A DNA stretch of 64,000 bases from Eledone cirrhosa (lineage: Eukaryota): the NCBI GenBank assembly GCA_964016885.1, contig OZ024749.1, forward strand, positions 2,542,001 to 2,606,000. Reading direction: 5' to 3'. The notes under the pieces were generated by a model, which did not search any database, was not told the origin of the DNA, and saw only the letters and a program-made list of their open reading frames with translations. Position 1 is the first letter of the stretch, and the number at the start of each line of letters is the position of its first letter. Shown piece by piece: positions 30,560 to 43,313 of this stretch. The position numbers were made by a program, and so were the translations under genes.

Positions 30560-32540
30560 CTTTTACTCTTTTACCTGTTCCAGCCATCCGGCTGAGGCCA
30601 TGCTGGGGCACCGCCCTTGTTGCTACACATTTTATCTCCAGCCCATATTGGTTGGCCACTGGTGTAAGAGGGAGTTTGTAGCTGCTGCCCTTAGGTTTCC
30701 CTCGTGCCTTGCTGTGGGCTCATCTGGGATCCTGGATAGCAAGGTATCAAGATGTTTCTTGAAGACATCCAACTCCACACCATGCAGATCACTCAGATCT
30801 CTCGCAGCTTGTTGAAGAGTTGAGGGCTCTTTAATCCCAGGCTATTGCAATATCTGCTCCTCATTCTAGATGTGGAAGACGGGCCCTGTTCGACGGTTCG
30901 TCCAGCTCCCAATGCCAAAATTTGGTGCTAGTCCCTCCAGGATTTTCCACATGTAGATCACTGCGTATCTCTCCCGTCTTCGTTCCAAGGAGTAGAGGTT
31001 CAGTTCTTTTAGCCTCTCCCAGTAGCTTATCTCCTTCATCGTGGTAATCCTCTTGGTGTAGCTTCGCTGGATTGCCTCAAGCTCCGTGCTTAGATTGACA
31101 TATGGGGTGACCACAACTGGGAGCAATAGTCCAGGCGGCTTAGGACAAACGTCTTCCATAGTGTCAACATGGTATCTCGGTCTCTGTCCGGAAAGTCCTC
31201 AAGATCCAGCCAGCGAGTCGTCTGCACTTTGTCGCCACTTTCATGATGTGTTAGGAAAAAGATGCATCATCGCTCATGTCTATACCCAGGTCTCGTATCG
31301 ATTTTGACACGGGGATATCGGTCCCTCCTGGTCCTGCGTAACTGTGTTGTACTGTATTTTATGTTTTCAGGTTTGTATTGTAGGGCTTGGAATTTGCCAG
31401 CATTAAACTGCATGTTGTTTTCTTCTGCCATCCAGATCTTGTTGTAAAAGGGCAGCGTCAACCGGGTTTTTGATTGCCTGTGCTACCTTAGTGTCATCAG
31501 CATAGCTACTGAGGGATGTTGTTGTATGTACTACAGAGGGCATGTCTGACAGAACCACCAAAAACAGTAGTGGTCCCAGGACTGTCCCTTGGGGCATCCC
31601 ACTTGTTATTGATGTTTCCTTTGAGAGGTGAGAGGGCCCCGTTTGCTGCGAATGTCTGGCTTCTGTCCTTTAAGAAGTCATGCAGCCACTCACCTACTTT
31701 TCCAGTTATGTCGAGTCCGTCAGGTTTGTGACATACCATTCCATGGCCGACCTTGTCAAAGGCCTTCGCAAAGTCAAGATATATCACTTCCACATGTGAA
31801 CTGTCTAGCAGTTGTTTCAGTACCCAGTCGTTGTGATGTAGCGGCTGTGTAAGGCAGCTTCCTCCTGGGCGGAAGCCATGCCGCGTGCTAGTCAGGCGAT
31901 CATTTTCCTCGAGGAAAGTGATCAGTTTCTTTCTGACGACACTCGCTCCCTGACCTTACTGATATGCGACGTCAGGGAGTTTTTGCTACCTACTTTATGG
32001 ATAGAGAATATTGTGCCTTCTTTAATCTCCCTGGGTTGTATACCTCTGAAGAGCCTCTTCAGTGGAGTTGCTAAGGCCCGCTAACATGTGTTTAAGAGGA
32101 CTGCTGGGAATCCATCAGGTCCAACAGCTGAGTCTGTTCTAATTTCATCTATGGCGTATACCACATCCTCCTCCGTTATGTCTATGTGGTTGATGGTCGC
32201 CATTTCTTCATGTAGTATTGTGGCATCGAAGAACTCCTCTGGCTTTGTTATTTGCATGTGCCTCAGTGGACATGTGAAAACACTTTTGTACTGTTCGTTC
32301 AGTAATTCTCTTATCTCTTGGGGATTCTCGGTTAATGACCTGTCTGTATGGAAGAGTGGCCCAACCTTGCAATGTACCGAGGCAGTTTCTTTTGCAAATT
32401 TAAAGAAGGCCTTAGGGTTTGTTTTAATATTTTATATGGCCCCACTTTCTTTCTTTGCTCTCTCATTTTCATGGGAATATTTGAGTGCAATCTCGGTGTC
32501 AAATAGTGCACGTTTCAAATAGGGTTCCTTGTTTTTGTTT
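30560..32540 (-). mobile_element. Degraded CR1-group LINE (RT and 3' end), distinct subfamily
   Basis: Minus-strand motifs [38 protein letters not shown] and LYSLERRRERYAVIY across several frameshifts. The 3' UTR ends in GGTAAAAGAGTAAAA at ~30561. Confidence 0.92.
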
Positions 32541-32603
32541 TCTTGTTGTGCTTTCAACATGTATGTTTATATATACCTATGCACGTATGTAACGTTCAAT
32601 CAT

Positions 32604-32672
32604 CTGACAGGAAGGTATATGGTGCTGATGACAGCTAATACGCTAGAAACTAATTCATCGTTCCTTTGTCAG
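32604..32672 (+). ncRNA. Candidate minimal type I hammerhead (decayed stem III)
   Basis: ctgacag..agg..ATGGTG-CTGATGA-c-AGC taatac GCT-a-GAAA-ctaatt-CATCGT..cctttgtcag. Stem I pairs (with two G.U pairs) and is extended by CTGACA/TGTCAG. Confidence 0.55.
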
Positions 32673-32814
32673 TGTTGAACAAAATGGCAACGATGGTTAC
32701 CGAACACTGTACGGCTTTAATTCGGGCGGTTAACTTACAAACAAACCGAACATTATAATAAATATTCGGTAAACCCATACGTACATATATATATATGTGT
32801 GTGCATGTATGTAG

Positions 32815-32990
32815 GTATATACATACTACTGTACGTCTGTATACATATGTGTATGTACGTATACATGCTTATACATATATACATTCTACTGTACGTCTGT
32901 ATACATATGTGTATGTACGTATACATGCTTATACATATATACATACTACTGTACGTCTGTATACATATGTGTATGTACGTATACATGCTT

Positions 32991-33000
<10 letters not shown>
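32815..33000. repeat. 60-bp tandem repeat, 3 copies
   Basis: Rows 32821, 32881 and 32941 are nearly identical. Confidence 0.95.
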
Positions 33001-33077
<77 letters not shown>

Positions 33078-33551
33078 GAGAGAGAGTGAATCAGAGAGAG
33101 TGCGAGAGAGATAGAAGTTAGTATATACTGAAAACAAAATATAAAAATAATTGAGAAATTTAATAGAGAACCAGTAGCAACTTTTAACTTTTATTGGAAT
33201 TGAAAGATAAAAAATCTTGCCAATGTATTTAAAAAGAGAAAAATGTTTCTATATTGACTAAATTATGAACTTGTCTCTGTGTCTAGATAAAGAGCTTTTA
33301 GTTGATGTATGTATACACATACAGAATATCTTATATATTTAACGTACACACACAAAGTAATACATATATAAATACATTTATACATCCGCACACAGACACA
33401 TATATATATGTATATATATATATATATATATGTGCATATATGTGTGTCTATGTATATGTATATATATGTGCGTATACATATGTATATGTATATATATATA
33501 TGTGTGTATATATGTTTATATATATATATATATATTTATAATATATATGCT

Positions 33552-33642
<91 letters not shown>

Positions 33643-34522
33643 CTGTATGTATATGTATGTATATAGATATATATATGTATCATATATATATTCGGCTGCT
33701 ATTTCTAGCGGAATTATAAGCCTGTCACGTTGTCCTAATATTGGTAGTCATGTACTAATGAAACGGTTCGGGTACACGGCGTGTTTTTCTCCATCATACT
33801 GCATCGTCAACTGGTATGTATAATTTCATGATAAATATGGTTTCTTTAAATTGAAGAATACTTCCCCGGTGAATTCTTGAATTCTTCAAATATTGATCAT
33901 TTCCAATAGTTGCTTCTTCCACAAATGAAACCAGAGTATGAAATATAATATGTAATATTGCTTCTTTGGTTGATAATTATCTATATATTTTATCCATTCA
34001 ATATATATATACAAATGGAAGTTCAGCATAATCGAAGCTCTGGTTGCAGCTAAGCTAATGAATACGATCGAAATGTGCAGCTAAGCACTCAATAAGATAT
34101 TTTACCTTAGTGTAATAACATTACGTTTAGACAACTTTGCAAATTGAAGATTGCGACCGGTAAGCCAGCAGCATGGGCCGAAGCAACGAGAAAACCGACT
34201 CAGGATAGTTTGACAAACCTGACTTATTCATATAAACATACTCTACAAACCCAAGTACTCTTGTGAGTAATGGTATAACCAGTTTCTTACTGAATCCATC
34301 TTTATATAAGAAATTCAATAGACTTGGTATTGGAATGGTGAGAATAAATCTGACAAATGCGAAGGAGGTAGATACAACTGATGCTTCAAATCGTTCATTC
34401 TAAATCATATGTGACCAGTACTTTGAGAATACAACACCACACTTCAGAACTGAGCATATAAACAAAGGGAAATAACAGAGGTAAAATTTATTCCATCATT
34501 ATATTTTCCTGTTCTAGTTCTA

Positions 34523-34579
34523 GCTGTCTGATGAGGTCAGAGCTGTTGCAGAATGATTATCACCGAAATATATAACAGC
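34523..34579 (+). ncRNA. Minimal type I hammerhead ribozyme, intact core
   Basis: GCTGT (stem I) - CTGATGA (34528-34534) - GGT...ACC (stem II) - GAAA (34565-34568) - palindromic ATATAT stem III - AUA triplet - ACAGC (stem I partner). Confidence 0.8.
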
Positions 34580-34727
34580 GAATATGAAAAAGCGAAGTTA
34601 CTTTTAACTTGTTGACACACTTCTTGTGTTTAAATGACTCCGGAGTAAAGAGACCTTCCTGCACACTTCGTTGAGTGATCTACCATGTATACTGTGTGTA
34701 GTGTTAGTGATTAACCAACACATAGTC

Positions 34728-34766
<39 letters not shown>

Positions 34767-34767
34767 T

Positions 34768-34938
34768 AACGAAGGAAATGTGGTAAGGAACCAGATGGAC
34801 CATAACGCACCAAAGTACTCAATACTTAGGGTAGTAGAGTGGGTAATAGGAACCAGTAAGACTCCGACGGCTGAGCTCAAGCCGTTTAGAATTAGCCATC
34901 AAAACGGCTTGAGCTCAGCCGTCGGGGTCTTACTGGTT

Positions 34939-34942
<4 letters not shown>
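34768..34942 (-). mobile_element. Short element, family C, with fold-back inverted repeat
   Basis: Near-identical to 58921-59062 and 63550-63760. Arms TAGGAACCAGTAAGAC.CCGACGGCTGAGCTCAAGCCGTTT and their reverse complement; flanked by (TA)n. Confidence 0.9.
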
Positions 34943-34969
<27 letters not shown>

Positions 34970-34972
<3 letters not shown>

Positions 34973-36090
34973 AGGGTGTTAAAGTTTGCTTGAAGCATTG
35001 TGAAATGTGTAAAAATACGTATTTAAGAAAGCCACAACAATGCAAAGGGAAATCTCGAGGTAGGAAGTGAAATATAGATAGGAAAAACAGGTGAAAGTGA
35101 AAGTTGAGAGAGACAAAGATGAAAACAAAACAAAGGTAGAAGGGTTACCGTAGTAGAGATTTTAATCCCAATATTTCGGGCTCACGCCCATCAACGGGGG
35201 AAAAGTTCCAAAAGGGGGGAAAACAGGCCAAGCGGAGAAAGTGGTGATGTCGTTAAGACAGGAATGCCGTTATGGGGAGAAAAATATTTAAAATTTAAAC
35301 GAGGGAGAGAATGCGCGTGCGCGTGATAAGCTGTGGCAAAAGCTACTGACCAAATGGGTTAAATCAAGAGGGTGCGTTAGCGTGTGAAAGCCTTAAGATA
35401 TGTGTATGTAAATATATATGTGTGTGTGACTGTGTGTGTATAAGTGTAAGTGTGTATATATGTGAGTGTGTGTGTGTGTGAAAGATAGTGGGCTGTAGAA
35501 GTTGGAAATCAAAGGGTGTGAAAGGTGGTAGGTTGTAAAATATGTGTGCGTGTATAAATATAGAAGTGTGTGTGTGTAAGCGTATGGGTATACATGTGTG
35601 TGTGTAACTGTGTATGTATATGTGTGAGTGCGTTTGTGTGTGAAAGATAGTGGGCTGTAGAAGCTGGAAATCAAAGGGTGTGAAAGGTGGTAGGTTGTAA
35701 AAACATGTGTGCGTGTAAAATATAGAAGTGTGTGTGCATGCGTATGGGTATGCATATACGTGCGTGTGTGTGAATATAGCAGGCCGTAGGCTGTGAATGG
35801 TCATTATGGTTAAATTAGCCATGTCAGCTCATTTCTCTCAGCCCGGTTGTTAAGTGGGGGTCTGAGGTTCTTAATAACAAGTGCTTCCTTTATCCTTAAG
35901 GATCCGATGCTGCGTTCAGTCGCTAGGACTGTGACCAAGGGTCTACCCTGTGGGTTTCCGCATTTGAGGATATGTTTACGGAAGGAAGATGCGTTGGTGT
36001 TGATATGTTCCTTGATACGAACATGTAGGGGTCGGATGGTGCTACCTATGTAAAACTTGTTACATTTATCGCATTGAATCTTATATACGA
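34970..36090 (-). mobile_element. Penelope-like element 3' end (GIY-YIG endonuclease and 3' UTR/pLTR)
   Basis: GIY-YIG fragment (next entry), followed by a UTR containing a ~180-bp duplication (35400-35770) and a degenerate hammerhead (GGGC-GTGA-GCCC-GAAA, ~35165-35200). Confidence 0.8.
35810..36088 (-). pseudogene. GIY-YIG endonuclease domain (5'-truncated), not in the ORF track
   Basis: Manual translation: VYKIQCDKCNKFYIGSTIRPLHVRIKEH...LRIKEALVIKNLRPPLNNRAE...*, showing the VY...YIG motif and the conserved R, H, E and N of Penelope endonucleases. Confidence 0.9.
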
Positions 36091-36359
36091 ATCTTATATA
36101 TATACGAATCTTATATATATATATATATTAGTAGAATAATCGAGTATCGAAAAATCGGCGCACGAGTTCACGATAAACAAAATTCGAGATGAGGGGCAGA
36201 GGGCTCCATAATTCAAATAAATCAGAGCTATAACTATCGTTAAAATACCGTCACACGTAGAATATGTCTACAATCAACCAAATAACCGAAACATTTCGAT
36301 ATGGAAGATTCGGGACACTCAGATAAATTATCAATAAATCAATAAATGAAATGAATGTA

Positions 36360-36412
<53 letters not shown>

Positions 36413-36635
36413 TGTGTGTATGTGTGTGTGAATTGAGGGAGGTCAGGAGAAACATGTACAGACAGATATAATGAGAAGCTTCATGTAATGTCTACGCGTG
36501 CATTGAAAATACACAGTTCGGAGTTCGGAGGATGCAGACGACATTTTTGCAAAAATTATATTCGTATGGAATACACAGACACACTTACATACAGTCTCAC
36601 ACACACACACATGTTTGTGTGTGTATGTGTGTATG

Positions 36636-36682
<47 letters not shown>

Positions 36683-36683
<1 letters not shown>

Positions 36684-37040
36684 GTGGCTCTTAACCGTGG
36701 ATAGCCTGGAGTATGCACAATGGGCGTCTTACAGGTAGGAAAAGTGGAGGGAGAGTGACCGCCGCCCACACAGCGCCGCCTTACCAAGCCCAAATGAAAG
36801 CCTCCCTAAACAGGGCCAGAGACAAAACGGGCAAAACTGGAGACAACCTCCTCACGTGGGGATTGGCCACCAGCGCTGAGTGCCCCAGCGGCGAGACCTC
36901 CCAGAGTATAGCCCACATCCTCCGTGGGTGCTCACTGGGACCCACATGCTCAGACCAGGACCTGCTGGAAGCAAACGACGCTGCACTTCAATGGATACGG
37001 CACTGGTGCGACAAGATATGATGATGATGATGATGATGAT
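36683..37040 (+). mobile_element. Ingi/Vingi-like LINE 3' end with (ATG)n tail
   Basis: LNRAR..TG...L..WG....ECPSGE..QSIAHIL..C.....C...DL......A..W is the zinc-knuckle-type C-terminus. The stop is followed directly by (ATG)n. The clade call is from recall. Confidence 0.7.
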
Positions 37041-37061
37041 ATATATATATATATATATATA

Positions 37062-37201
37062 GTACGTTATTCCGGGTTGAATCGGAGGTAACCACAGTAA
37101 GTAAGGTACTCAATACATTCCAGAGTATAAAAGTTTTAATATAGATGAGATTCTACAGGACTAGAACTGTTTCATTCTTTAGAAATCATCAGGAATCCCT
37201 G

Positions 37202-37205
<4 letters not shown>
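37062..37205 (-). mobile_element. Short element, family B, with hammerhead-like core
   Basis: Minus strand cagggattc-CTGATGA-tttct aa agaat-GAAA-cagttc-tagtcctg...AATGTATTGAGTACCTTAC...; flanked by (TA)n. Confidence 0.75.
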
Positions 37206-37293
<88 letters not shown>

Positions 37294-37544
37294 TATATGA
37301 TTTATTCAGTATTTTGTCGATAATTATTTATGTAATATATATATATATATAGTATGTGACATCTGTATATCTCCGAGACTGTCTATTATAATATACGTAT
37401 TATATAATCTATGGCCGTGTGTGTACACTGATGTATGTACGCCTCGAGGAATGTGTCTGCTGTAATATATTTTGAATGAGAGTTTGATGAAGAGAGAGGA
37501 AAACATAGAAAGGAGTATGTGTTTTGAGAATAAGAGTGACAAGA

Positions 37545-37700
37545 AGTGTGTGTGTGTATGTGTGTTTGAAAGAGTGGGTGCATATATATATGTGTGTGTG
37601 TGTGTTTGAAAGAGTGGGTGTATATGTGTGTGTGTGTGTGTGTATTTGAAAGAGTGGATGCATACATATATATGTGTGTGTGTGTTTGAAAGAGATGAGG
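37545..37700. repeat. GTTTGAAAGAGTGG linker repeated four times among (TG)n
   Basis: Direct reading. Confidence 0.8.
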
Positions 37701-38155
37701 CAAATTACATTATATTTGTTCCATATATTGCTGTTATTGTTGTTTTCAATTTTGTTTGTCTGTCATTGTCAGCTGAGAAAGTAAGCAAATCTAAAACAAC
37801 ATAAATAAGACAACAAAAACAGGAACTAGACTAACCATAATAACAGCATGAACAACAACAAGAACTAGATTACGATAAACACCAATATAAATAAAAACAT
37901 ATTGACAAGAATAAGTGGAAATAAAAATATAAATTTTCAAAAGCTTGGAAACAACAACAACAAAAATAAATGTTCGAAGACCAATTTTAGAAATAGTTTC
38001 TCTAAAATAACACGTGATCTCTTGTCAAAGACAAACAGATTTAAAAGGATGCTGGCTATAACTGTTTCATTTGGTGAAGTCAAATTGTTTTTGTTGCTGT
38101 TGTGTAGCCCCAGGAATTCAACATGTTCTTTGTTCAAGTGCACATATATAAACAA

Positions 38156-38185
38156 CTAGCCACCATACCTGGTATTACTCGGGTT
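38156..38185 (-). mobile_element. Helitron-like 3' terminus
   Basis: Minus strand ACCCGAGTAATACCAGGTATGGTGG-CTAG-T has the same hairpin-plus-CTAG layout as 9227-9255 and 55783-55811. The 5' end was not located. Confidence 0.55.
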
Positions 38186-39289
38186 TATTTGTAACTAAAA
38201 CGAATACAATCACATGAATTTGAAAAGAAACCGAGAATCTTCAGCTGCCGTAAGAAGGGGAATTTCACAGATAATTGTTGTATCTAAATAATTCAAAATC
38301 TGTTTCAATTTAAGTTTCTAGAAAAAAGAATTATCAACAAAATATCAGAAATCGAACAAAAAAAGAAATATAGAACCTAAAATACAATTTTTCTCTTCCA
38401 TTTTAAAATATGTTCAGGGAAAGCAGGCGTTATATGATTTACATAATTACTATGAATGAATTACATTTCTAATCATTAACGTGTTCCACTGTCTTCCACG
38501 ATGCTTGGAGCTATACATTACTTTAAGATATCTTTCTGTATAGAGCTAAAAACAATGTTACATAATCTACGGCTTTCTGTTTAAATGGAATATCAGCCAC
38601 TTGGGGGCAAACCTTAGTTCTATATCATGGCTGATATACACATTCTTTTTCTTCTTCGTGCATTTATTCCTAGGAGGCTCATAGAGGCTGAGCACTCATA
38701 TACGCTTTCCTGTCGGTCCTGTCAGAGGTAATTCTCTGTTCCGGCTCAATTCTCAAGCACCACCAGCTGATCACTTAAAGGATATCCAACCAGCTTGCTC
38801 AGGGTCTACCCCAGGGCCTACTGACAGTTGTTTTTTTTCCGTAAAATTTGTTCAGCGGTTCTTACGCTGGAATCTGATATATGTATCTTTATAAATCGTT
38901 GGATTCGTCGATAAGAATTCGGTTGTTCAATCAAATCGATGTCGTCCATCTCGTGAATTAATGTGTATTTTATTTATCTATTTATTCAATTTAAATATCC
39001 GTATAGAGCTAGTAAGCCATGATAGATTTGGGGAAGTATTGAGTACTTCTTACAGTTGCTAATCATAAAGAGATAGTGAGACAATAAAAAAGAAAAGAAA
39101 AAATAACACTAGAATTCTGAAGGAAAAAAAGAAAAATAAGAAAAATAAAATAAGAAAAATAAAATTTCCAATATTGAAGGAGGCCAATGGGAGGCAGATT
39201 CTGGATAAGAAGATGATAAAGAAAATAGGACAGAGGGGAAGATGTAAAACAGAAGTTTCTCTTGTTGAATATTTTCATAGCTTCCATGT

Positions 39290-39946
39290 ACTCAAAGATT
39301 TTATATATTTTGCATACGTGTAATCATATATTGAACTTCCAATATTGGTAGTTTTTTTAAAGATTGGTTTCAACATGGCCTCTCTCTTAGACTGATAGTT
39401 TCTATATTGGAATAAATAGTGCCAAAGAGTTTCTAGAGTCACCACAAGAACATAGAGGTGAATCTCTACAATCTATTCTTGCTAGAATGTAGTTCAATGG
39501 TATTTGTCCAGTTCAAAGCCAGCACAGTCTTTTTTATTTGCAAAACTCAATGATTGATAAGTTTTCAATGTTGTCAAATCTGGTTGAGAAAGTGAGGGAT
39601 TGAAATTTGTGAGCTTATCTCTGGATTCTTCCCAAAATGTTTCCCACCCTTGACTAATTATATGTGTGTTAAATGATTTTACCTGCGAAAGATTTGGGAT
39701 GTAGTCTATATCTATTATTTCCCTTTGTGCTCCCTCTTTTGCTAATTCGTCTGCTTTCTTATTACCTCTAATATCTGTATGGCCCAGTATCCAAATCACT
39801 GTTATTTCTTTATTATTTTCTGAGAGGTAGTTATTTATTTCTAGTAGAGAGTTCTCAATATCTCTAATCCAACCCCATTTTCTTGACTGAAGCAGTTCTA
39901 GGTTCGATAGATTCTCAGTAAATAGGAAACAATTTTTCCAGGGCAA
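39290..39946 (-). pseudogene. I-group LINE 3' fragment: RNase H and CCHC-type zinc knuckle
   Basis: VIWILGHTDIRGNKKADELAKEGA (RNase H C-terminal motif), then L*TGQIPLN..L.RI....SPLCSCG..ETLWHYLF across frameshifts. Confidence 0.85.
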
Positions 39947-40999
39947 ATCTTTAGCTCAGTTTATGGTAATGTAAAATCCCCACCATACAGCATCAAATAT
40001 AATGTAACCCTGATGTAATCTGTAAGGATTTCATTGTTCAACAGACACGTGTATACTTATCGTTATTCAAAGCTCTCTCAGCTTGATCCAATATGTGCTA
40101 TGGTTGAACCATTGTATTTTAGCTCCAATCCATCGGACTAAACACCTATAAACTTTCCATGTATTCTATTTCCATCACAAGGTTGTGGTATAGATATTTG
40201 TGCCGGGTAACAAAGTCAAACCTGAGACATAAGACCAGTTAAGCGACTACAACAACTTCTATTGAAATGTGTAAGTGGTGAAGCTGATTGTTTTAAAGAC
40301 ACGGGTACACTTCAAAACATTTTCAGGCTGAACCAGTCTACCACGCTGTTACAAAGGACCTTTGAACCACTGGAACAATCCAGGGAGAAAGGGAAGAGGA
40401 GAAAGGCAAAAAGAAGAAAAATAAAAAAATAAAGAAAAAGAAAGAATTAGCAGAAAGAAAGAAAAAAAAGAAATATCCACGGCAATATTTTCTCTATATT
40501 CTATTTTGTTTTCTTGTTTCCCGAATAAATTAGAATTAATCAGAATAGTTTAACTAAATAGCGGACAATGACTGCGTGTTTTATTGTCGGTTGCCATAAA
40601 CACCTCCTATGTCCTCAGCCCTTGGACAGTTGAGGCTTTTCTCCTTGAACTATACCGGATCAATAGGCGGAGGGTACCATTACACCGGGGTTTAGCTGAC
40701 TGCCTATATTATGTGACGGTAGCCCTCGAGAAATCCGGTGTTCTCTACGCTCCCTAGACTGCTGTTTTCTTCCGTAAAATCATGAGAATTACATCTCACA
40801 CGAGGTTGTGATGGAATGTCTTATGCAGTGGGTATCGCTGGATGTTCTTAACGGTAATGCATTCACAATATTGTGCATAAAGGGGTGCAGCCCTAGTTAT
40901 ACTGTACCGTCGAGGGTGTACAGTTTGGTCCCCTCCCTTTCTTATCTATATTTATTTATTTTTATTTCTCTCTCTTACTGTTTATTATTTTAACTCTAA

Positions 41000-41202
41000 G
41001 GGGAGGTGGATTGGCCGTATCGGTAGAGGGTTCGACAACATGCCTTGTGACATAGAGTTACGGCCCTTTAAATTCTGACTTCAAAGCTTAGCCTTTCATC
41101 CTTACGAGGTTGATAAAATAGAGCACCAGTAATATATGGGGGTCGATTTAATCGATTTTCCCCTCCCCTCAAATTGTTGGCCTTTTGCCTATAGTAGAAA
41201 TC
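41000..41202 (+). mobile_element. SINE family 1 (long subtype) with 16-bp target-site duplication
   Basis: ATTATTTTAACTCTAA (40984-40999) and ATTATTTTAACCCTAA (41203-41218) flank the SINE. Confidence 0.85.
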
Positions 41203-41378
41203 ATTATTTTAACCCTAACTTCTCCATATGTCCTTTATCCCGCACTCTATTATTTTAACCCTAACTTCTCCATATGTCCTTTATCCCGTACTCTATTATT
41301 TTAACCCTAACTTCTCCATACGTCCTTTATCCCGTACTCTATTATTTTAACCCTAACTTCTCCATACGCCCTTTATTC
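41203..41378. repeat. 46-bp minisatellite, ~4 copies
   Basis: TATTATTTTAACCCTAACTTCTCCATATGTCCTTTATCCCGTACTC repeated. Confidence 0.93.
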
Positions 41379-41764
41379 TGTACTTTGCTAATACATGTTT
41401 ACTTATCAATAAAATATTTTCAAATGTCATGTTCTACAGACTCAATATTTTACAGTGGAGAGGAATGACTGCCACAACTTCATCTATTTAAAGTATTCAT
41501 GCTAAGTGATACTAAATCAATATTATAAAATCCGTTTTTTAGGTGTTTTGATTGTTTAGATTTCTCTTCCAATTCATTCTTCTTAATAATAAAACTAATA
41601 ATTATATTATTATTATTATTTCAAGCTACATCCATATTAGCATTCCTAATTAAGGTTTTACGTTTTCTCGACTTCATAATTATGACACGGAAACATTAAT
41701 TGATATAGATTCGATTACAGAAATATCTCAACCAACAGTTTCTCGTGGAAGCTAAAGTACCTGC

Positions 41765-42460
41765 ACTACTACTACCACTACCACCACCACCACCACCACC
41801 ATTACACTACTACTGCCGCCACCCCCATTACACTAATAACACCACCACCACCATTACACTACTACCACCACCACCACAATTACACTAATACCCCCACTAA
41901 TACTACTACTACCACCACCACCACACTCCCCTGCTACTACTACCACCACCACCAAACTCCCCTGCTACTACTACCACCACCACCAGCACACCACCGTTAC
42001 CATCACCCAACCTCCACCATCAGTCCCGCTACTACTACTACTACCACCACCATTATACGCCTCTGCTACTACTACTATCACCATCACCACCACTGTTACC
42101 AACACCGAACCACCTCTCTCCCCTACCACTTTCATTACAATTACTCACAACTCCCACCACTACTACCACCACCTTAGCTCTCCTATACCACTACCATTAC
42201 CAACAACCGACTGCTACCGTTGCTAATAACTAAACACTACCACCGCCACCATAGTTACAATCAGGCATATCGCTGCCCCAATAATATTACCAACACCAGT
42301 ATCAGTACTACAACCGCCACCAGCACTGTTAACAACACCACTAACTATAAAAGCATTACCACTGACACTACTACCACAACTACTATCGCGAGGAAGACTA
42401 CAACCTAAAGGAATACCACCCCTCCACCATCATTACATCACCTACCACCGCCAACATCTT
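41765..42460. repeat. (ACC)n/(ACT)n low-complexity tract
   Basis: Direct reading. Confidence 0.9.
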
Positions 42461-42829
42461 CAAAGTAAACTCCTCAATAAAGAACCAACCAAGTCACTTC
42501 TATGTGGTTCCTTGGTTTCTTCAAATACCAGCACATACTTTCTATAAGCACAACCTACAGTCTTATACAAAATGTCCGACACATTGAATAAAATAGTCTT
42601 TAGTGTGTGTGTGTATGTGTGTGTGTGTGTGTGTGTGTATGTGTGTGTGTGTGTGTATAAGGTCCCGTAACTCCTGATAGAGTCGTAGGGACGCCGTATT
42701 GGCATACAGCGTGTCTTGGGCATGTTAAGCCTGGCGGAGCCTATCCCACGCCAAGCCTGAGTACAGCAGATATTTTCCAGAGAAAAATAAAAAAATGAGA
42801 GAGAGGAAATGAGAAAGAGATATAGAGGA

Positions 42830-42990
42830 GGAATCGACCCCAGTACTTGACTGGTACTTTTTTATCGACCTCGGAAGGGTGAAAGACAAAGTTGGCCTCG
42901 GCGGGATTTGAACACAGAGAGCAGAGAGTCGGGAAGAATACCATAAAGCATTCTATTTGACGTTCTAACGACTCCGCCAATTCACCGCCA
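42830..42990 (-). mobile_element. SINE family 1-related copy
   Basis: ATCGACCCCAGTACTTGACTGGTACTTTTTATCGACC...GGCGGGATTTGAAC...CGCCAATTCACCGCC. Confidence 0.8.
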
Positions 42991-43313
42991 GTCTTTAGTA
43001 TACGATGACGAAAATAAAACGTGTTTGTCATGGATGGAACATTGTTTATTATTGGTCTGATCGAAGGAGCTTCAACTTGGGTTAAACGAGAACAACCCAA
43101 CCACAATCACCATCACAGGGTCGTCAACACTCTGTAAAACCTCGTCAATACCTCAAATACTTCCAGTAAAAACTGCCATCATCATTATCACAACCATAGC
43201 AGACGACACAAACAACTCCAACAACAACCTCAACACCAGAACAGTAAAAGCAGCAAAATCAACAAACAACAACATACTTGCTATTATTTCTGTTTCCTTG
43301 CTTCAATAATAAT

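Noticed and set aside
40540-40940. 5' UTR of the RNase H-bearing LINE
   Set aside because: The sequence is complex and nearby, but I see no ORF or motif that ties it to the element.
41209-41360. Interstitial telomere
   Set aside because: Only one TAACCC per 46-bp unit, with no (TTAGGG)n run.
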